Assembly: GCA_964187785.1 (NCBI GenBank)
Contig: OZ076417.1
Span: forward strand, 36,890,001 to 36,954,000
Reading direction: 5' to 3'
Length of the DNA stretch: 64,000 nucleotides
Source of the DNA: Amphiscolops sp. MND2022
Lineage: Eukaryota
Positions 1 to 12,182 of this stretch are shown piece after piece. The notes beneath the pieces are model-generated. The model had not been told where the DNA came from. It saw only the letters and a list, made by a program, of their open reading frames with translations, and searched no databases. Numbering within the stretch: the first letter of the stretch is position 1; each line of letters opens with the position of its first letter. The position numbers and the translations under genes were made by a program.

Positions 1-380
1 TACTTGCACGTGGTCTGAATATTGCTGTAATGGGTACGCTATGGACTCATGTAACTTCAGAATGTACGGCTTCTCTGGAAGAGGTGCAAACGTGTTCATT
101 GCAATGGCTATGACGTCAGCTGAAACACTCATCAATCAATCTCGCTTTCCGAAGTTACTGAGTTACTGGTGATTTGATACTGTTCGTTTTGAGCGAAAAC
201 GCTGTGGGAATTAAAAATCCAAAAAATTGTTTTCCTAGTTTGGCTTCACATTTCAGATTTGAGAATGAGTAATGTTTAACTTAAAAGAACAATATTTAAG
301 ATTTATATTTTTATCATTTGAGTTACTAGTTCACCAGTTATTTCCATAGTTTCCCCTCCATACAAAAAACACATGCATCA
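1..380. repeat. Dispersed unclassified repeat, direct copy of 49594-49970
   Basis: tacttgcacgtggtctgaatattgctgtaatgggt...ccctccatacaaaaaacacatg aligns by eye to 49594-49970; no recognisable coding domain. Confidence 0.9.
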
Positions 381-429
381 AAAATGATATTTTTCTAGAC
401 ATGGGCACAGTCGTCCAAGAAGTTACAAA

Positions 430-720
430 AATGCTCGAATCTTAAATTTTCAGATACCTTACTGAGAGAAAAACGAACACTACTGAGGATGCGGAGAGAG
501 ATCCCGAACAAGAACTCTCATTGACTTTCTCCGCGAAGGAGCGTACAGCCACAACAGTAGAACAGACAAGTGAACATCAGTGTAAAAATCTGATGGAAGC
601 TCTTTACACAGTCTTACACATGACCATGACCTCACCGAGATGAAGAAAAAATTGAAATCCCTTCCTCGGCAGCTACAAACGGAGCTAAGACATCTTCGTG
701 TGGGCTTTTGTGCAATTGGT
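430..720 (+). repeat. Dispersed repeat with a conserved reading frame, related to 54600-54910
   Basis: Translation NTTEDAERDPEQELSLTFSAKERTATTVEQTSEHQCKNLMEALYTV aligns to NTTDEAEGYPEQEHSLTFSAKDLRDTTVEQTCELQSKLLMETLYTV in ORF 54562-54816. Confidence 0.8.
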
Positions 721-1129
721 CATAAGTAAGATGATAAAAACGATGAGGTTTATTGAACCGATAACAGTTCGAGTACAGTGGTTACCTTGTTTATTCTGAT
801 AAATTTCCCAACGGAAAAGAACAAATACCGTAGCTGAACGGGCTTTTTCTGGAGACAACGCGTCCCAAGCGAATCAGCAGCAGATGTCTTGAAAAACTTT
901 TCGGAATGTGTAGAAGCCCTGTGAATTTGGAACCATAACACTGGCAGAAGTACTAGTGTCATAGTGTCTCGAACGAATTTCAACCGATGGTTTCGACCTA
1001 AAGAAACGCGTCAACAAAAACGGTATGACACTTGAATCAATCACATATGCTTCACTTGGGTCTATGTACGCAATGAGCGAAACGAGCGAAGATGATTTGT
1101 CTTAAAATAAAATACACAATGTTAATCAA

Positions 1130-1785
1130 ACACGCATGATGCTTCTATCGCCGTGCAAACGTAGATTTTTTTCTAAATTGGTTCTTTTTCATTTGGATTC
1201 GTGGAACTTTCTCCTTATGGGAAATTTTGTTCTTCAGTTTTTACCGTGCTTGGGTTTTGTCTCTTCATCATTTGTGGACCCATTTAGTTTCTCGGACATG
1301 TACTCACGTGTGTTATGTGTGAATGATACTGGCACTATGAATCCGGTGTTATCCTTCCGAATTTACAGTGTTTTTCCACATCCAGTAGTTTTTCCAAACA
1401 TCCGCGGCTGAAGAGTCGGTGTCGAGTTGTACCTCGAAGAAGTCCACTCTGCTATGGTAATTGATTCCTCCTGTGTATATTGTAAGCGGAATGAAGATGA
1501 AGCTGGTGTAACGGAAGTTTTGTCGATTTATTCATGATTGCCGTTGGTCGCATCTCAGTTAAAGTTGGTTGCCCAATGGCCCATACGAAATTATCATTTA
1601 TTTGCTTTTCAAGCTGCCGCCGAAAGATTTCCGATGATTCGTTGTCGGGTTCTACCTCCGTCAGGTCAAGATCATGTGCTACTTTTACATGGTGTGTAAA
1701 CCGCTTTCCATCAGATTTTGCACTGTTGCTTGCTTGTCTGTTCTACTGTTGTGGCTGTAAAGTTCTTGGCTGAGAAAGTCAAGGT
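1130..1785 (-). pseudogene. gag: Decayed Ty3/Gypsy gag fragment, interrupted by the element starting at 1788
   Basis: Minus-strand frames read SSEIFRRQLEKQINDNFVWAIGQPTLTEM...LPLHQL...LEKLLDVEKHCKFGRITP with frameshifts and stops; capsid-like by recognition. Confidence 0.55.
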
Positions 1786-1787
1786 GT

Positions 1788-2250
1788 TGAGCTGTTAAAA
1801 ATGTAGATGTTTGTAGTTCTTATTTGTTTTATGGAGCACATAGGAAGTCTAGGATTCTTAACAGCAAATTCGTCTAAGGTACCAAGTTTAATGACTAGCT
1901 AGCTATTTCCAATATCTCTGAGATCTCAGTTAAGTCCCTTTTTCAGATAGAAACCGTTTTTCAGTTAATACTCTAAATTTCTCCAAGTAGATATATTCTA
2001 CAAATTCGTCAATGATTACAATTAGTTATATTGGCATGCTAATTAATCAATAGCGACAACAGTGAGAAGAGTTAGATGGGTTACTAATTATATTGTCACA
2101 AAGTACTAACTAAGTTATCTTCAAATGTCAGCAATCTGGTCAACTTCAGTTAACTACAGAATCAAGTGACTGATGTCTTTATAAAGGTGTATGACTTCAA
2201 GTTTGAATAGATATTTAAAAGTTGTTGAGGACATGCATCATGGCATCACA
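1788..2250 (-). repeat. 3' LTR of the truncated element
   Basis: TGAGCTGTTAAAA...GGCATCACA; aligns to the LTRs at 13293-13744 and 30046-30506 (roughly 75-80% by eye). Confidence 0.9.
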
Positions 2251-3622
2251 ATCAACCGGGAATTTTTGAAAGTTAAAATTATATATCTGCACATTGGAGT
2301 GTGGAGTTCTAAAATTTTTGTTTCGGAGGTATATGCATGAGTTTTGTTCTAGAAGCGTACCATACTTAAGGAGTGAGAACAACCTAAGACGATTTGACTT
2401 CTTACGTGAGTGACGATTCAAATTGGTGCAAAAATTTCAGTTTAATTTGACTGACAGTTGCGTTCAAGTTATTGATTGACAACTTGTTTACTACTATGTG
2501 TTAAGTTTTCGTGTCTGCCATCGGCTTGTTTAAAAAAATATTCTGTACATCAACATGAGTTGTTCAGAATTGAAAATTTTTCAAATTGAAGAAGAGTTCT
2601 ACGAAGTTGTCATTGAGTTGTGAACAAACAGTGGCGGCTGTTTGAACCAAAAGTGAAAAGTTTTGAAAAGTCTAGGTTCGAGGTGAAGTTCATTTTCAAT
2701 GAAAGTGACTACTGAGCGGATGCAAAGAATTTGTTTCACAGTTGAAATGTTTCAAATGTGTGAAAAATTGTTGTACCAGAAAATAATGAGCAAAAATGTC
2801 AAAATTTTTTTCTTTCACTTTTATGGGGTGAAAAGTTTTCAAGTGGGAATTTTGAAAGAAATGAGAAATTCATTTGCATGGGCGAAGGAGAAAATTTGTG
2901 TGTACCTTAAGAAATTTTAGAAAACTTTTGTTCCATAAGAAAGACTTGTGCACTGTAAAAGAAAGGTGGATAAGATTTTTATTCATAGATGCGTATTATA
3001 GAGTGTGTATTATACAAAGAGCGACTACAGATATGATTGTTGTGGTTATAGAGTAATGATAAGAGGAGTATTACAACGATTACAAAGCACTAATTATGGG
3101 GGGGGTTATGCGAGTGTAGGTATGATTACAAGATTACAATAGACATCAACTATGAGATTACATTGATTATACAAGTTTATTTTGGGTTAGTTAGTGTTAA
3201 GATAGTCGAGTTTTAAAGTTTGAAACATTCATCTCGCTGATTTTCAACGAGTACCAGTTGACAGTTGAAATTGAAGGGGAGCTGTAGAAGTGAAGTCGGC
3301 AAAACCAGTTGAAGTTGAGTCAGCGAAGTTGATGCGGCAAGGACCAGCTTCAGCGGGTGCTGCAAAAACCAGTTAAAGAAGTGAGACGAAGGGTGTTGTG
3401 GACCAATTGATGAGAAGTAGCTGCTGCAACGCAGTGATGAAAGCTTGCTGTGTGGTATGGAGGAAGAGCAGTAAAGATTTGCACTCAATTACATTCATTG
3501 TAGAAGATGAAGTGTTTGCATTATTGAGATGAAGATCAGTGAAGAGAATTGTTGTTTTCGAGGTTAGTATAAAGGATGTTTTTGAGGAGCATATATTTGG
3601 TGGCGTATCGGATCGTAAACTT

Positions 3623-3910
3623 CTATTTTTTCCGGTGTAACCCAAATTCAAGGAGTAATTTGTTAAAAGTTTTTACTACTCTAAAGTATTTATCTTTTGT
3701 TGTGAACGAGGAGTTAAGGACAAAAACCGCGTTTGAAGTAGTTTCGCAGATGGTGATTTTCGGGCCATCGAGGTGGAGGCGAGCGTACAGTTCGAAGTTT
3801 ATATTCTTCTTCTTGATTTTACACACGTCATAGAAGACTTTGAGAAATGAACGTTTTGCAGCAGGTGTAATTCGATCATTGTTTATCTCGAGTGAAAGTT
3901 TAGGGGCCAT
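3623..3910 (-). CDS. Accessory ORF of unknown function (95 aa), homologous to the decayed ORF at ~15030-15360
   Basis: ATG-initiated ORF MAPKLSLEINND...KIKKKNINFELYARLHLDGPKITICETTS; the second copy reads KQKKENINLEQNARLHNNGSKIAICETAS. Confidence 0.6.
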   Translation of the reverse strand: MAPKLSLEINNDRITPAAKRSFLKVFYDVCKIKKKNINFELYARLHLDGPKITICETTSNAVFVLNSSFTTKDKYFRVVKTFNKLLLEFGLHRKK

Positions 3911-4491
3911 GGTATGAAATATGGCTGCTTTAAGACTGTGGGCTGAAGTAGAAGGAATTAATTTTGTTTTAGAGCCTTGCGGAGCGATTGTGTGAAAGTC
4001 GATGAGGAAGAGAGGATGATGTGCGAACAGAAAGATTTTGCGAAAAGGTCTGGTATTACGGCTGCACGAGTGCTGGTTTGGAGTAAAGAGACAAAGAAGA
4101 AGGAGGAAGAAGAATAGATGTTTCTAAAACAAAGAAGTTGTGAAAAAGAGTCAAGAATGTTCAACATTTGTACTATAAGGTTTGGTGCTACTTAGTATCA
4201 AATTGGGGTGCTAATTTATTTTTTACTTTATATTGTTTGTGAACGTCTTAGTTAGTGAACGTCTTGTATTTTGATTAAGAAGAAAATGTGGCATGTATGT
4301 AAGATGCAGTAAGAAAGTTATATGTACCAAAATGTTGAGAAAAAGGAGTTCTAATAAGTTGTAGTTAGAGAAAAGTTCGAAAAGTAAGTTTAATAACAAT
4401 TGAATAAGTGTATTAAAATTGAAAATATGATTGTTCCATTGTGTTCCATAGAAGAGAAAATTAAAGAAATTTGTATTACCTGTATGAAGAT

Positions 4492-5801
4492 TTAATGAAG
4501 ATTAGTTGAGTTAAAAACAGTGGTCATGGATTCAATGGTAGATTGTATTGCTTTTGAGGATTGTGTGATACGTTGTGAGTCTAAGTCAAGTGATTGTAAT
4601 AGTTTGTGTGTTCTGTCATAGCAATGAGTTTTATGTGTGAGAGTTGTGATGAGAGAGTCAGAGGAGTTTCGTTTATACGGGTCCAATAGATGTGTTATAT
4701 CTTGAGTAGTACGATTATTGAGATCTGATGAAAGTTTTTCAGGATTATTTCGAATTGGTGAGGTATGTACAGTAGGAGGTGGTTTATGTTCTGCTTTTTG
4801 TTCTGTTTGTACCATGTATGAAATGAATTTCGCTGAGATGAAGAGTAATTCGTTGTATGAGTGCGATTATTTAGCGAGAGCGGTATTGTATGATTTGTCT
4901 TTATCTTCGAGTGGCGAAGAAACAAAGAGTTTGATTACTGTAAGAGGTTTGACATTTTGAGTAGGAATATTGCAAGGCAGCAGAAAATCATCGAAATGGA
5001 TGAGATATTCTTGAGGTACATTGAGTGGTCGTGATGTGTCATTGTAACGAAGTAGACAGAAGCATTGTTTAATAGGATCATAGTTACGAAGATAGCCTGT
5101 TATGCGAGCGTGATCTATTCTGTATAAATGTGTCACATTGAATGGTGAAGTAGATTTATAGTTGACAAAAAGATAGTTCCGTGGTTTTGTGTGTTGTAAA
5201 ATATTAGTGTATGTTTGATGATGAGAACTTTTTGTGACAGTGAGAGAAAGGAAGGATCAGAATCGTCTGTTTTCAAGTCATAAAAAGATGGGCGTAGAAA
5301 ATTGAACTGTTAAGAGAAAAGTTTGACTCCATTGTCGAGCCATTATTGGTATGGAGACATGATTTTTGAAGCAATTGATGTTAAAAAATTTTGATTTTTA
5401 TCGTCTAAACGAATTGTGTAGTCTGGAGAATGCATATAAAGAGAGGCTTTGAACTTGAAATTATCTTGTGATAGAATTGGAAATCAGTGATCATCACGAG
5501 TTGTAGAAAGTGATGGTTGAGAAGATTTTTTAGGAGGAAATATAGGTATGGAGAGAAAGACAGGGTCTTTCATTATTTCATAGCGTTTCTTCGGAGGTGG
5601 TGGTACTTCATGTGTAGTATCAGGAGGAGTATGAACTTTTGTAGGTGTGGTATGTTCGATTTGTTCAATTTCTTCTGAAGGATGACAATTTACTTGGTCA
5701 ATATTTTCGAAGAAAAGAACAGGAGAGTCATTAAAAAGAGGTTGTGTGGTGAGATCAGAAGATGATGGTTCTTGTTGAAGATCTAGGTGTGCTTGGGTCA
5801 T
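4492..5801 (-). pseudogene. Large accessory ORF of unknown function, frameshifted; homologue of 15809-17135
   Basis: ORF pieces 5484-5801, 4867-5136, 4695-4925 and 4492-4815 match the second copy (e.g. LRNYDPIKQ.FCLL.YN.TSRPL.VPQEYLI.FD). Confidence 0.7.
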
Positions 5802-6009
5802 TGTGGAAAAAGTTGAAAGTTTTTAAAAGAGTTACTTACGAGTGGCTTCATCAATTTTGATTGGTGTTTTATTTATCACGCGAATTGTTACCGTTGGACG
5901 AGATGGGTGGTGAATTTGAATTTGGAGATCAATCGTGAAGAGTAGTTGAGAAAAGTTAAAGTTGGAAGGCAAGTGTTCTATATCAGTTTTGAGAGCAGAT
6001 CTAATAAGT

Positions 6010-6825
6010 CATCAAATAACAAATATGAGACCATTGAATCATTGAATGGTCGTTTATGAAAACATTTGTCATACAATTGCGATACATGAACCCATTTCAA
6101 TCAAAGGAGGACCATAGAATCATTTTTTGATTAGGGCATCTAGTTCACATCTAACAAAACCAGGTACAATAGTGTGATAAATAAACCGAGCCTTTTTTTC
6201 GAAAAATAGAACTGGCCCAAAACAAAAAAGTTCTGAATTCTGCAATCATCCAGGTTATCGGAACATCAAATGAACTAACACTCTTGTTTTTTTTGGCACT
6301 TGAAATGTAGGTTTCAAATAATGAAGAAACTTCCTAAATCCATTATTCAATGATTGTATTTAGCACTGAACAGACACATGCAACAGAAGTTTGACGAATA
6401 TAGTAACATTTGGCACCTCTTTCGTAACTTTTGTCCGTTTGACGTCTCCTTTTTCCAAAGATATTCAACTGTTTTATATTAATAAAATTGGTGTTATGTT
6501 TTAGATAAGAGTTTTCTATTATTTCGCTTCATATATTATCTTAATACGTGTGACAGATATTTTTTGCTGAAGCGATTGGGAATTGTTTTCGGTTTCACAT
6601 TTTGCAGTTTTCACATTTTTCTTTCCAGTTCCAGAAGTTTATGAGTGACATAGATATTGAATCACCAAGTGGAATGCCAGCTTTGTCGACATTCAGTCCA
6701 AGTTCTTTTTTACAAAAAAAAGATTCATTCCCTACTGACACTATCGTGTGAACTACCTGTTGGCTAAGATGGCTAGTTACTGTACACTATTTTTCTTTTA
6801 CACCGTTGAAAATCCGACGATGTTC
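6010..6825. repeat. Dispersed unclassified repeat, direct copy of ~56205-57065
   Basis: Shared blocks such as aaaggaggaccatagaat, accaggtacaatagtgtga, gaattctgc.atcatc and ccgttgaaaatccgacga. Confidence 0.85.
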
Positions 6826-7149
6826 TTCGAAAAAAGATGTAAGTAATGTCAATAACTTTAGTGAACGATAGTGTAGTTTACTTTATTAAGGGAGTTATGA
6901 ATGAACAATTAAGTCGAGCAGATGTAAAACTTTCGAAATCAAATCTCAATCAAATTTTTTAGAAACCTTAGTAAGCTGTAACTTGTGCTAACATTCATCA
7001 AAAATAAAGGAATTTTCATTCGGCCTTATTTGAAATCCAGATCAACTCTTACAGTTGTTGTTTTTTTTTCTTTTCTAGTGCAACGGAAGTAATTAGAATG
7101 ATTCCACCAAAACTCTGGTTGCTTGAAAACACTGTCTTACGCTTAGAAT

Positions 7150-8330
7150 TATCCGTTAGAACATTAATTGTGTCATTGGAGAGTTAAAAAACTAACTGCT
7201 GTAATTTCGCGATGCCTGCAAAAACTATTTATTAGCGATTTATTGCGTGAAAGAAAGACTGACAATTAAGAGCAACAATAGAATATGAAAAACAATCTTG
7301 TTTCACGAATTTAGCAACTGTGATTAGACATTTAATAACTGTTTGCATGGAACAGAAAATTATTCCCACGCTTTCCCGTTTTTTCTGTCATCACTTAATT
7401 GTTTTCTCCTCAATTTTCAATCCACTGAGTTCATTCTGCTCGTTAAATTTTTCACATATGTGACAAGCGTCACAGCTAAGCAAATTTCTGCAATAATAAT
7501 TGTTGTTATTGATTTTCTTTGAAACTTGCCGCAAATCTTCGTAGACTCTTGCTAAACGTTTGCTAGTAATAAGATCTTGCAAAATACTGTTCGGAAACTT
7601 ACAAGATTCTGTCAAGTTGTGCACATCTTTTAAGATATATTTCATGGGTCTTCTTTCCAAAAGTCTTACAAAAATGGCAAAATTCTAACACGATTCAATA
7701 AAAAAATGCATTCCCTTCAAATCTCTTGAAAGATATTTTTCAGAAATCTTGTAAGATTGCCGGTTTTCGACAATTGGAGAAGTGAATTCTTGTCTGTAGA
7801 GTTCTTTCCCTTGAAAACCAAAGAAGTTGATTCAAATAGCAATTAACCTTTTTTTCGACTAGAACGAAATAAATTTTTGCTTAGATTTCAAATTGCTCTA
7901 CAAACTCATGATGCTCTTGAAAGCTCCTTTTTAACTGTTAAGTCCCACTCCGTATTTTGAAGTCTTTGAAAGCTGGACAAAAATTGATGAACTTAAAACG
8001 TTCAACCAGTTGCAACCTTTTTTCTGAATATAGTTTCGAATTTGTTTCTTGAAAACTCTCTCATTAGTGAAGTCTCTTCAGTTCTGCATAAAGAGTTTGG
8101 TATCTCACCGAATATTTTGTCCGTTTGACTACTTTTTGAAGTATTTTTCTGCAACGTTCTTTTGATTGGTATACATTTTTAGTTGACGCTTTTAGAACAA
8201 AAAAGCCCGACTATTAAAATCACTGGTTTTTTCTTTTTAGATGCTCTTTGAAAGAAGCCCGGATGCGACGAAATTTTGTTCAGTTAGTTCAGTTAAATGA
8301 ACGCGTCTAAGTCAGTGCAAAGCATCCCCA
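7150..8330 (-). pseudogene. Probable Maverick/Polinton-type protein-primed DNA polymerase N-terminal remnant
   Basis: CDACHICEKF...KTIK..TGKRG resembles the endonuclease-VII-like CHICE...DHCHLTGKYRG motif of Polinton pPolB; heavily degraded; 7540-7920 is repeated at 12183-12560. Confidence 0.4.
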
Positions 8331-8759
8331 TTATTATCAATGCATCTTTAACGTAATATACAAAACCAGACTAAAGAGTCCTCTTTACTAGAAAATGGTA
8401 CAGGTCTTCAAAGGGTCCCGCCTTCAATTTTGTTTATATTTTGCAACAAAGTGGATGTTAAAAATCCCTGTTTATTTTTCTCGACACTGTGAGATTTTTC
8501 CAAATTTTTAATTTTTCCTCTGCTTTTGGCTTCATCTGAATAGACATCAGTGAATAATTTTTCAAATACAATCTGAATTTTCGACAGTTAATCCGAACTA
8601 TGTTGCGCTTTTTCAGGAGGATGGGGAGATTCCAACACAAGCGTTCCCATTTATTGCAGCACGCCATATCCGAACTTTTGACGTTATATCCGAAGTAAAA
8701 ATCAATTTACTAAGAACGAAAAAATGTTTGATGTGCCCTTGGTTGATTTCAAGTCTGCC

Positions 8760-9410
8760 GAGTCATTTGTGACACACTATGTCGTAACCTAGACCGCTTT
8801 TTGGGAGTCTACATAACTGTTCTTTACAAGGCGATCACAGTTGCATTCATTTGAATCTACTTTGGAGCAGTGTTCCCGTGTTTTACGAATATTTTTGACT
8901 TTGTGGTTCTTGTCCACCGGAGGTCCACCATTGCACCAAATCCATGTTCTTGTGTTTCTAGACTACTTGGGAAAGTCGGGAGCACTTTCTCAGTTATTGC
9001 AGAGTTTTTGGCCATTAAAATTTGATAATCAAGTTCCAGATTAATTTCATCTAGCTTCTTTGACATTCAGCTAGCAACCTCAGAATTAGTCAACCTAGCA
9101 GTTTCTACAAAAATCGAGCTTTTTCACTGCTATGTGAATTTAGCAAAGACCTAAAATCTTCTCCTATAGGATTTTCATTTGTGTGGAGCTATGAATCGGA
9201 CTATGAATTCACTTTTCTTCTACTATCGTCCTGATGTTCCTGGTATTCATCGGACTATGAATTCACTTCTTTTTTACTGTCATCCTGATGTTCCTCGTAT
9301 TCATTACTGAATAATTTTCTCAACGTTACGTCCATGTTTTCTAAATCTGACATAACGTCCGACCGCCTAGAGCGCTTTTCCTTCGCTTTCTGTTTTCTGG
9401 TTGAGGGCAT
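8760..9410 (-). pseudogene. Remnant of a retroelement 5' ORF (MPSTRKQKA family), paralogue of 59243-59539
   Basis: ATG at 9410 gives MPSTRKQKAKEKRSRRSDVMSDLENMDVTL, versus MPSTRKQKAREKRTRQSDVRSDLENVNIML at 59539. Confidence 0.7.
9195..9304. repeat. Two-copy 54-bp tandem duplication
   Basis: atcggactatgaattcactt...cctgatgttcct.gtattc starts at 9195 and again at 9249. Confidence 0.9.
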
Positions 9411-11289
9411 CTGTGAGAAATAATTACTGTATCAGAATTATTTTACTGAGCAATATCGAAGATAGTGTCGTTATCAGACTTTTATGAGAGAAAAGATAGA
9501 GAGAGAGAGAGAGAGTTTCTGAATTGCAGTGGAGTTGTGTAGAATATCTCCCTTGAACAATGGGCTTCGCTTTACATACATGTCTCTCCATGACTGGTAA
9601 ACTTATGCCTGTCTTGCTACTAAAAACACTTATCAATATTTCGTCATAGTGACGGAATTCAGGAGTAATCCATTGAATAGTAACAGCGGTGGTTGTGGAT
9701 GAAAGATAGTGGTTTGTTGATGAGAATGAAGGGAGATGCGGCGTGCCTTTTAAGGATATTTCATCATATCACAAACAGGTTATATCCACGCGTGGCAACG
9801 GCACCACAAATTAGTGGACTGGTAGTCCAAATGGCTTGATCAGCTAGGACGCTGATTGCTTGGTGGTCCGGGCAATAACCCAACCAAAATATCGCGGGCG
9901 ACAGGCGGGATCCTGCATGCCCGCATCTATGACGAAGAAACAACTTGGAATTGGGGGGTTAAAAAAGTAAAAAACATCACTTTAGGACAATCGAATTGGA
10001 TACAATTTTGCATACCCCTAGCGAAAAGGATGCCCAACAAAGTCGTAGGAGCAATTTTTTTGGCTATAGACTTTAAAGGTTACTTTTTACCAATTTTGCC
10101 TTTTTTGTTGCGTTTTTTATGTCTTTTTTGTTTCTATCGTCATAGTTTTTCCAGCGCATTCTAGCGATATTGGTCGCGCCTACGTTACGTTGCAGGATCT
10201 GAAAACACATCTGCCGAGAAATTTTGGTTGAAATGAGATCCCCCAGCCGAGATAGAGGGGTAACCCTCCGATTTTACCTAAATTTTTGGTAAATGCCAAT
10301 TTTGCACATGAAGCCGAGGATTTTGCCAACCAAAGCTCAGTTTCAATTACTTTATGAGCATCATTGCCTCAATTTGATACGGATTTGACTAGTACTCTAT
10401 TGAATAAAGCATTGAATCCTTTGTTTCCAACCGAACTTCAGATCCCGAATGCTAGTTTTATATTAGAAAAGAATTAGAAAAGAAGCTTACCAATATGTTT
10501 TGCTTCTAATCCCCCCACTAATTTACTCCCCCAGTTAAACGACGTGTTCAATAAAAATGATCATTGAATTAATAGTAACAATCAATCAAATAGCAATTTT
10601 TTGTAACTCTAACTGCTACTTAAATTCTTCATTGAAAGTGGTAGGGAATTAAAACTTCCGCGCTTACTGTGGGGGGGGGGGTTAACGGAAAAGATCCATG
10701 CTTACTTTTCTACCAACTGTAAAGAAATTGACAAAAATGAAAATTTAATTGAGGTAATTAGTGTGGAATTGGATATATTATGGTTCCAATCGTCGGTCAA
10801 ATCGTGAAGTTTATTTCATCAAGTTTGTTTCCGAACATTGTGTTTTCTAACAATTTTCATCTGATTTCAAGAGATAAAATGCGGAAACTGTTGCGGAATG
10901 TAGGTGTACGAAATACTCTACTGAATAAAATTCTGGAATCTGAGACACCTTGCACTATTTGCTCTCTACATAATTGGCCTGGCATAAGTGGCAATTAATT
11001 GGCCACATCAACTTGCCAAGACACAAAATTTTGGAAAGTAAGATTTCAACTTCAAAGGAAGCTAAGGCAGTCGACATCAAAAGGGAATGAATTCAGTGCA
11101 CGCGTCTCGGTTTCCGAGATTACGTTTCCTGATTTCCGCAAAACGCTCAGAAAAAATTTGCCTATGCACTGTAATGTAATTTTTTTATTTACGCGTTTAT
11201 TTCATCAGTTTACCAGCTCTCTCCGTAGATTTCCGGGGTGACCATCAATCAACAAAAACAGGTCATAAAAAGTCATAAGGAATGATGCA

Positions 11290-12180
11290 TGAATACAGCT
11301 CAGTTATAGAATGATCATATGTTTGTGGAATAAGAGTTGGTGAATTAAAATGCATTGGCGATTAATGCTTCTTCTACAATGAGGGTAGATTGAAAGATAA
11401 ATTAAATACACAGTCACTGACCTGTTACGTAACAAAAACAGCATCAATTTTGTATTTGGTCATTGACATATATATGCTAAATGGCAACTAAAATCTTTGT
11501 TAGAAAGTTCATTCTGCTTCAATCCTCTTCTCCCGTGACAGGTGATGTAGCTGGCCAATCATATCGAATGTGTCGCGTGATATTGGTTTAAATTTGCTGT
11601 CGTCTGATTTACCGGGTCTGTTATTCTTTTCTTGCGGGTAGATTGTCACGGATCATGCGAAGTTGGATTGGAGTCGACGAATAGCTCCTGTATTCTGTTG
11701 TAGCTTCTTTGTTCCCTTGTTGTTAGTGACACTCGCTTCGGACACGTTTCTGTATTTTCGATTATAAGTATATGGATTTGGGTTGTAATACCTTTGTATG
11801 GGGTTTGTCTTAGTAAGACGTTTTGACCGTCTAGATCCGGTTCCAGTTTCTGGCATTTGTTCAAGTCCGACTCAAGTTATCTCGATCGAATAGTGCTTCT
11901 CTTGCCTTTCACTTTTCGGGTCCATCTGAATTAAAGGTTACCTTTTAATTTTGGTCTCGATTTTCTAACGCCTTGTTCGGTTTTTGCGTATCCATCCACA
12001 ACTTATTCTACGGTCTGGTGCGCCTCTATTGTCAACAAGTTTATAGAGTTTCCGGTTTTGTTTGGTGATGTAGATTGCGTGCTTCGGCTTCTGCTCCGAA
12101 TAAGCGCGGGTGATCCGCGGATGAGTCCAGAGCGCTTCGATGCTATGGTATTGGCTCTAGTTTCTACCACTGCCTCTCCT
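11290..12180 (-). mobile_element. 3' fragment (integrase tail and 3' UTR) of a Gypsy family also present at ~50000-50770
   Basis: Colinear similarity: ttctaca.tgagggtag, aaaaacagcatcaa, ggtgatgtagctgg, gagtccagag.gcttcg, accactgcctct. Confidence 0.75.
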
Positions 12181-12182
12181 AG

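Larger units (their letters stand above)
1788..6000 (-). mobile_element. 5'-truncated copy of the large env-bearing Gypsy family (3' LTR plus post-env accessory region)
   Basis: Colinear similarity to 13293-~17330 (LTR, conserved block, accessory ORFs); similarity stops near 6000. Confidence 0.9.

Noticed and set aside
4170-4220. Twice-repeated TAGCACC motif (also at 15540-15590) as a splice acceptor or gene-junction signal
   Set aside because: The candidate AG acceptor is not conserved between the two copies, and the evidence is insufficient for a junction signal.
9495-9515. (GA)n tract, and the poly-G run near 10670
   Set aside because: Ordinary simple repeats with no supporting terminal structure.
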